A DNA stretch of 61,489 nucleotides, the filler included, from Circinaria calcarea (Eukaryota): the NCBI GenBank assembly GCA_051942165.1. It is 7 parts of 7 records of this genome, joined end to end, with 100 filler letters (N's around TTAATTAATTAA, not from the genome) between each part and the next. Parts side by side here need not be neighbours in the genome. Positions count along the whole stretch, not along the records: positions 52,800 to 61,489 come from JAVECS010001072.1; 6 more parts are not named here. One strand, given 5' to 3'. Numbering within the stretch: position 1 is the stretch's first letter; the number at the start of each line of letters is the position of its first letter. Made by a program: the position numbers and the translations under genes. This document shows positions 53,762-61,489 of the stretch, one piece after another. The notes below the pieces were generated by a model. The model did no database searches and had not been told where the DNA came from. It saw only the letters and a list, made by a program, of their open reading frames with translations.

Positions 53762-56700
53762 TCAGTTGGTACACAGGAGGTAATCGTTAGTACTATTGTT
53801 AAATATCTCCATATCTGTCTCATATTGACTGCTAGACTCATTGTCATTTCCCGAGTCAACTGAATCGGTAAGATAGGATAAACTAGTATCCCTTGTATGA
53901 TATGAAGTTGCATCATCCCAAAGGGTTTGATATGAAGATCGGCTGGAGGCTGTAGGGACATCTCTGTGATCCTGTCCAGCATCAATGATGCAGTCTCCAG
54001 GACATATTACATTGACCTCCCTAGGACTGCATGGTTGGTCAAGGAGAAGGCCACGAGAGTGGGAAGATTCGGCGGGGCGGTCCGGTATCGTCTGAAAATA
54101 TGAGTGCGGCACAGGAAGTTCATGTCCCTGCAAGGGCAATCGTTCAGCGCGGTCAATTCTTGAGATGCTATGCTCCCGTCTCCTGCGAGAAGCGAAGAAT
54201 GTGTCTACGCTGTTTGCGAATGAAGGAAGCATAGAGTGTTGTACAAGTAGTTGTTGAACATCATCGACGCCGAATAAGCCATCGAGTCGTCTCTGCTCCA
54301 GAGCAGACCTCAGTACAACCTTGTCGGGGATATGGACATATTGCGATCTTGCATCGGTTTCATCCAACGGCGTGGGGATATTTGCGGTTAAGAGTAGCTT
54401 GATAAACTCCTGCCCACAATGCTTAATTCCGTACAATAGTGCTTTCTCATAGTCATCTGCAAAATTGGTAGTCCTGGTCTTGATGCTCATGAGACTGTTC
54501 AGTATTGGCAATGAATCGAACTTCACGGCCGTTTCTAGAGGACTCCAGTTCAAGCTAGTTCTTCTATCCCATGGATCTATACCGGCGTCGAGAAGCATAA
54601 CCACCATATCTTTATCGGAGTGTTCGATCGCCACCTTAAGGTGGTCCCGAAGTATCTCGTCCTGTTTCTCGTAGTATTGTAGGAAGAACTTGAAAGCTGC
54701 GGGTTGTCGCGCTTCGAGCGCTGTCATGAACAGCGGCTTCTCGGTGGCTGATCTGATCCTGATCCTGTTCCTAATAAAGTCATCGTCCGTTCCAATTGTC
54801 GATAGCGTATCAACCACTCTTTGTGAGTATAATAAAGCAGTAATTGCGTTGTCCGAGGCGACTCCGAACGCATAAGGGAGAATAGAGACTAAATCTTCTG
54901 AAATATCGAGATAATCACTAGTCTCAGCAAAGAATCGCAATATGTCCACACTATCAGTCAATAGGAGAACCTCCATGAGATTCCCAATGTTGATATAAGG
55001 GAGGCGCTGGACCGCATGACTACTGCATGAGCATGTTAAGACCAAGCGCCTCACTATTGCTCGATCGGTAGCTGTCAATATATCTGGCTTTGGAGCCTGA
55101 TTGAGGTAGCCCCTGAGAACATCGAGTTCGCCAAGATCCGTCGCTATTGTAAGCCTACTGATCCGCCTCCTCATGATCAGAGAACACGCTACCTCAGTCA
55201 ACCCTAAGAGTAACGCTAGCGTCAGTGAGCTTGGCACGCTGGTTGGGATACCGTGAAGTTGAATGGCACCGTCCTCGACTGATTTTATAAGCTCTAGCGC
55301 CGATACCCAGTTCGAGTAGGCAGCATCGCAAGAGAGAAATTCTATTATACCATCGGTCATGTCATGAAGATCTGCAGGTGCAACGTTTTGAATATGGGCA
55401 ATCCAGTGCGTCGCACTATATTCTAACAGATTCGCTTTGTACATCATGGCTATCCTTGCCAATGCTGTTTTCGTCACGTCAGACCGGTGATACCTGGCGG
55501 AGGGCTTCGCGTCAGAGGACGCGCTTATAGACGATTGGCGAAGCGCTTCACTGGCAAGAAGTTCTTTGAGCGTATACGGGGCGCATACTAAAGCTTTATA
55601 AGCCGTGTTAACTGCGTCAAGAGAACATGGCTTGTTGAATCGAGTAAGGTAGGTGAGAGAACGTTCGACGATACATCGGAGGGCCTTGCTTTCACAGAAG
55701 CCAAATATTGCTACTGATGTATCGAGTATTCGATTCGACAGGAGGTACTCCTTTACTGAAAAGTGAGAGAATCTCAACGTGCCATCTGCGTCCAAAGTAA
55801 CCAGACTCGAGCAGATTGATAAAACATCTGTAGGTAACAGCAAATCTTCTTTACTCGTACTTCCTAGCCGAATTGCGAGAACCTCGGCCAGTTCGTGTAG
55901 AAGCAAAGGTCGAGCTGAGAAAGCCATCCATCGCAGAGCGGTCACAGCATAATCACGATCTCCTTCATCGATACTTTCTAGTATACGACTATAGGTCTCG
56001 TCAAGAGTAGGTGGAAGAGAGGCGAGTGTCTCGACTATGCTCTCAGATGTTCGACACTTCCCAAGACAATCCAACTGGCAATCTACCCAGCGAAACCTGC
56101 TCAGTATGTGATTAGCTAGTTTGGTCTGGCCAGCAACTGAAAGGCTCCTCCAAAATAGTCGGTTCAATACGGACAACCACGCCAAGTGACAGTACATGAA
56201 ACAACTAACAGGCCGCTCAGGCGGCTCAGACCTTGCATCTATTTTACCACCATTGAAGGCTGGACATACTACCAGCGCCACTCTGACCAGATCTGGAGCC
56301 AAGCATTGAGGGATGTGCAACTTACATTCCGCCTGAGCTTTCCACCAAAATCCGTTCGATGCGTGCCTTGATTTCATTGCTCTTGCTCAGCCTGTTAAGC
56401 TTGTTGTCATCCCGAAGGCGTGATCTAACATGGATTCTGATATCATCCACGTGAGCACTGGCATGAACCTCCACAGGTTTGAAGAGTTTCAGTGCGTTCT
56501 CAACTTCATCCACGAACCGGCTCGTAACCAAGACATGAACATTTGACACGTCTGTCAGGATGTCGGGAAATTCACTCCTTTCGGTGCTTTCATCTAGGGC
56601 ATCAATAATGATGAAGGTTTGATCAAAGTGACTGATAATATTTGACAGAGTTAAGCAGAGTTGTTGCTCATCCGGAAGGCGTGAGCCAGCAGCGCACACT

Positions 56701-57563
56701 GTGTACAAATCGTAAACGTGTGGCGAGAAGCCCTCTATTTGAGATGCAAGTTGTCCCACTATCGATCGAAGCATCGCAATGTGGTCTCTCTTTTCGGCCT
56801 CCAGATTGAAATCATAGTAGAAATATGCCAAGGCACGACGTGGGTGCTGTTGAGTCTCTATCGTCAGGGACTTGATAACGATTGAGCAAAGTATTGTTTT
56901 GCCGCAGCCAGGCATCCCATGGAGCCAGAGCAGTCTCGACTGACCCGCTCTTTTCCAGTCATTATACCGTTGCCCACAGATCAGCCAGTCACCGGTACTC
57001 GGCTGGTGTTTCTTCCATGCTTTGCATTGCGCCTTAAAGGGGTCCAAGCCAGCATTCAGCCATTGTAAAGCTGCCTCATGGCGATTACTTGTTTTGCCTG
57101 ATTGCACTCCACGGCCTATCACCCTGAGAGTCCGCTTGATATCGATACCTTGTTGTGCAAGGTCGATCTGGAGGGCGGCGACAAAATGCATCTTACTTTG
57201 TTCTATGCTGGCAAGCACACGATCAATGGCTTTTCTTTCCTTTGGCCAGGTGATACGTTTAGCTAGGCCTCGGATACCATTGGCTCCAAGGGACTTTTGT
57301 AGACGACTGTTCAGCTTTTGTACATCCCGCTGACATTTCTGTATCGGACCAGAGTGGAGGCTAGATAGCTCTGGAGTAGGGCCCGAGGAAGATCTGATCT
57401 CTAGATCATTCAGACGGTCCAGGACAGTTTTAAGCGATTCAAGCTGCTCCACAATGTCATCTAAGTCTGCGGACTGTCTTTGTACGGCGTAACAGAACTT
57501 CAAAACGGAACTTGTGAATTGAATTATAGCTACTATGCTTGCGACCGCACTGAGACCATCCAT
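53762..57563 (-). CDS. NLR-like STAND protein: fungal N-terminal helical domain, NACHT (NPHP3-like), winged helix and degenerate ankyrin-like repeats; intron 56097-56325
   Basis: MDGLSAVASIVAIIQ N-terminus, TGDWL, WLHGMPGCGKT P-loop, IIIDALDE Walker B, GGM|FRWVDCQL, LPPTLDETYSRIL, FSHFSVKEYL, ankyrin-like PLETAVKFDS. Confidence 0.85.
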
Positions 57564-58670
57564 TGTGATACGAATAGAGAAAGCAGACGGGTAAAGAGCA
57601 CGCAAGGATCGATTACTTGCAGCTGTGCTGACAACGAGCCTTATCAGCAGTTAAGCAAGTAATGAGAAAGGGAGACCATGACATGCAAGGTCCAATGGTG
57701 GAGAACAGGGAAGACGACGGCATGCTCTTAACACTGACCTGGCAAATAAGGCAATCGTGCTTAACCTGCAGAAGATACGAATCGAGATGCGTAACCCACA
57801 GCGGAGATTGAGCTTGCCCCGACCCCCCTTCCCCAGGCTGCCCAGTTCAAGGCCATCCAACGAATGGACGGAGAGCACCAGAGTCTACTTTTCGAGTGGG
57901 TGCGTCACCCTCGGATCATAAGTGCAAGGCGATCGTTGCCTTAGATACCTTTGACCAATTCCAAATGAATAATCGCGGACCTGCCATCTGCAGACCCGCA
58001 CTATCGGACATTATATCCAAAAGGGGTGGCTGAGGCTGTGCTGCATACTGCATTGCTTCGTCTGGACTCTGCACTCGGCATGTCGGCCACTAACGTCTGA
58101 AAGGGTTAGAAGTAGCCCTGCTCCCGATCCCGTCCAGGTTACATGGCAGTATCCGAAAGGTTGGTAGGGCTGCTGCGGATGCACGAGCAGAGGAGTTGGA
58201 AAGCTGAGGAGGCTGATCCGGGAGAATAGGGACACTTATCACGTGCTATAGGCAAGCTAGTTGCCGAACTAAAGCCGCGAGCATATAAAGGATCTTAATT
58301 GGCTTATCACTAATGGTAAGCCCTCCACATGGTAGGCTTATCATTACAGCCGTGGTAGCGCACTCGGTGGCCGTAAGTCCAACCCATCCGAAGCCCAAAA
58401 ACGGGGACATTTACGCTAACCGTTTTATCCAGCGCCAAGCCACTATTTCAACATTATACCACAGTAAACCTCCCAATCATTAAGCTCGCACGCTCGCATT
58501 ATTACCCTGCCGATCTTACTGTGTCAGTCGAGATGTTTCTCGATAACTTCATATCTCAGGCATTTCGCAAAACTTGCATGACGAGGTTGCCCCAGTCTTA
58601 TATACGTTATAGCGGGTGCTTGTCATATTTTGTCTTCTGAAGGTGGCTGGAAAAGAAATTGTTGTCGATC

Positions 58671-59992
58671 ATGGCCACAACATCATCGTACGGGCACATG
58701 TCCTTTTGGGAAAAGCTTGATCTCATACCGGCCTTTTTATCTATCAGTGAGCTCTTCGTCGATTTTAGTACTCTTGCGCTCATCGTATACAGTTGGTAGT
58801 GCGATCTACGCGGCCATCCAAGCGCCTTTTCGCGGAGAAAGCGGTTCTCTCAAGCGCCAGGTTTCACTGACGATGGTTCGGGCAACTTGCACCCGTCTTT
58901 CGCCAGCGCAACTCCAGTTGGGGCCCTTAGTGATGTACTATTAAGGGAGGAGCCTTTATTCATTGGGTCAATAGGTTTTACACCCCCCCGGCAGAGGATG
59001 TGTACAAGTCCTTCGTAAAGGAGAAGAGGTTGCATCCAAAGTCCATCACTTTACCAGATGGCAGTACCAAAGCCTACTGGATCGGCAACAGCAAGGCCGA
59101 GAGAGTGATTATCTGGTTCCCAGGTGGGTTCATTCCCTAGACGACATACTCCCGTTTTTGGCCTCGGATCTTCCATCCAACATACTAACCGTTGCAAGGT
59201 GGTGGATACGTTGTTGCAGCCTCAGTAAGACATTTTCAGTTTGTCAACGAGCTCCGGGAGATGTATAATGGACAACATGAAAGCGTGGCGGTCATCATGC
59301 TATCGTACACCCTGACCCCTGAAGCGCAATACCCACAACAGCTCCATCAAGGAGTCGAACTATTACGATTCGTGACTACTACCCTGGGAACGGACCCTCG
59401 CGACATTGTCTTGGCTGGCGACTCCGCAGGCGGTAATCTAGCACTTGGCGTCTTATCCCATATCTCACATCCCCACGAATCCATACCACACTTAGAGCTC
59501 TCTCGGCCCTTGCGAGGGGTACTTCTCCTTTCGCCGTGGGCATCCTTTGATACGACGTTCGCTTCGTATGCTACGAATAGGCGTAAGGACCTTGTACTCT
59601 CTTCGACGCTTAAGCGCTGGGCAGACGCATTCATGGGTACTGCACCGCCGGATAACTACAACCAGCCTGGCAGAGCGCCGGCGGAGTGGTGGAAAGATCT
59701 CCCAGCCGAGGAGATGATGGTTGTAGCGGGTGCGGACGAAGTTTTGGTGGACTCGATTCGGGACTTGGGGAGGAGGATTGAGGTTTGCGATAGTTCTACC
59801 ATCTCTATATGTTGTAAGGTGTAATGACACGATGAACAGTCAACATACCCAAAGATTAGCGTTATTCCCGTTGAAAATGGCTACCATTGTCAGCCGATCA
59901 TGCGCTATGCGCCAGGATTGAAAGAGAGCCACGACGATGAGCAGTCGCGACTGATCAAGGCTTGGATGCGAAAGATTTTCGGGTTGAAATAA
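58671..59992 (+). CDS. Alpha/beta hydrolase (HSL/Say1-Mug180-like esterase); 4 introns
   Basis: IWFP|GGGY oxyanion motif, YTLTPEAQYPQQL, LAGDSAGGNL, LLSPW, GADEVL, C-terminal His (GYHCQP). Confidence 0.88.
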
Positions 59993-61489
59993 TGAGTGCT
60001 TCATTACTAAGTGGATAAAATGTCACAGGAGAGATAAATAGCAGATACCAATTCCTGGCTACATATCGTGCAGGGCTCCCCTGCACTAAAGGGTACCCCG
60101 CATTGACCACGTCTGCAACTGCTCATCCCCTTTATATATTGTCAGGGTAATGAGGAAGAAACGGCGAGCGGCTAGGAAAGGCGAGATAGCCAAGAGGCCT
60201 TACGCATAGTGTAATATCATAGAGCCTTGAGAATATAACATCCATTTGCACCTAACCACACTACTACCCCTATAAACTCCCAAAACCACTCACCCCCATC
60301 TCCTATCACAACTTTTGTAAATTCCGCTCGCTTACGAAACCCTAAGCGAGCCGAGCACCCATGTTACCATCATCGGGTACTCCATAAACCATTATTGCAA
60401 AATTCCCGACCTAAGCACAGTCTCTACCCGCCAACCTCAGGCTACCTTGTACTGGCTTGATACCCTCGTAGCTGCTTTTGGGAACTTCACATTTTTAGGC
60501 TGGAAAGCAGCATCCGCCTATTAATAGTAGATGATGCAGAACGGACAGCTTTTAACCATGACAAGAAAACCTAGGGATCAAGCAACAATAGCGACGTATA
60601 TTACCCATCGCATATAAGAGGAGTTATTCCCTCCAATAGAGAGAAAGACATCGACGAATCATCCCAGCCAATAGCTTCTATACCAGCATCATCGAAGCCT
60701 CCTAAGCATCAGGGGTCCAATATTTAGCATTCTTGCGCAACCCGTTCGAATAGTGTCCTCACCGTCTGAGATTTGGTAAAATACTGAACGGAGGCAGCTC
60801 TTCAGTACTCAGGGACTTCAAATGCTCTTAAGTTCCTTTAATCATAACCTTATTCTGGGGGATTCAAGACCGTTAAGAACAAGCAGGAGCTCGGGACTTT
60901 AGCAAAAGATAAACAGAGAGGGAATTGCTTGATGAGCATTGACAAGGACCATTAATAAAGGGTAGGTAAAACTTAAAAGCTTTCGCCTTGTATACGTTGG
61001 ATATAGAATATTCTGTACATCTTGTGTTAACTCGACTCATGGTGTTAGTAAGGTTGAAGTATCCTCGCTCGCAATGCCTTCTCACACCTGATGAATAAGA
61101 AGTCACAATACGAAGGATCAGTTTCGACACGGAGCAAGATTTAAAGACATGATGGGGCTGTTTCATGATAGTATCAAATAATTATGACGTAAGGTGGGTA
61201 ATTCTTTAACCCTGTAAGGCGTCACTGGCGTTTACACGGCGCGTTTATCGGATAGGAATAACTTCAAGCTAAAGAAAAGTATTCAAATCTACTTATATGA
61301 CACCTCGATTGTCAGACAGTTTTCGGAAGACTTGATGAGAGCGATGGCATGCTTTCCTACTGTCGGACGCAGTCAACGTTTCTTCACTGCATTCCATGAA
61401 TATATATCATTGCAGTCAGTTTGCCAAGCACGGAACGCGAATTGCCTGGCGTCTTCGCTTTACGGAAATAGATACTATTCTACTTCCAC

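Noticed and set aside
60100..61489. Possible degenerate gene or TE remnant at the window end
   Set aside because: Stop-riddled in the frames read and no identifiable motifs

Overview
Eukaryotic DNA from a filamentous ascomycete (Pezizomycotina-type genes with short GT-AG introns). The window is not one locus. It is seven contigs of about 8.7 kb (1-8708, 8809-17513, 17614-26313, 26414-35113, 35214-43906, 44007-52699, 52800-61489), ordered by decreasing size and joined by an artificial 100-nt N44-TTAATTAATTAA-N44 linker. Housekeeping genes include RCL1, BNA1, a DPP5 peptidase, UTP12, EMC6, LCL3, SEC9, HSP104, PBS2 and an auxin-efflux-carrier-type transporter. The most notable content is contig 5, a candidate fungal RiPP (dikaritin-type) cluster. 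It has a secreted Kex2-processed precursor with four identical cores ending ...SLIEAFSYLDYFH, two DUF3328/UstYa oxidase genes transcribed divergently from it, a diverged Sur2-like di-iron hydroxylase, a second tiny secreted peptide and several MITE-like elements. Other highlights are a GMC oxidoreductase split by a 686-bp Mutator-like element (74-bp TIR, 9-bp TSD) in a pseudogene-rich contig, an array of repeated 36-nt mini-introns, and an NLR-like NACHT gene. All family assignments come from motif recognition by eye; no searches were run.
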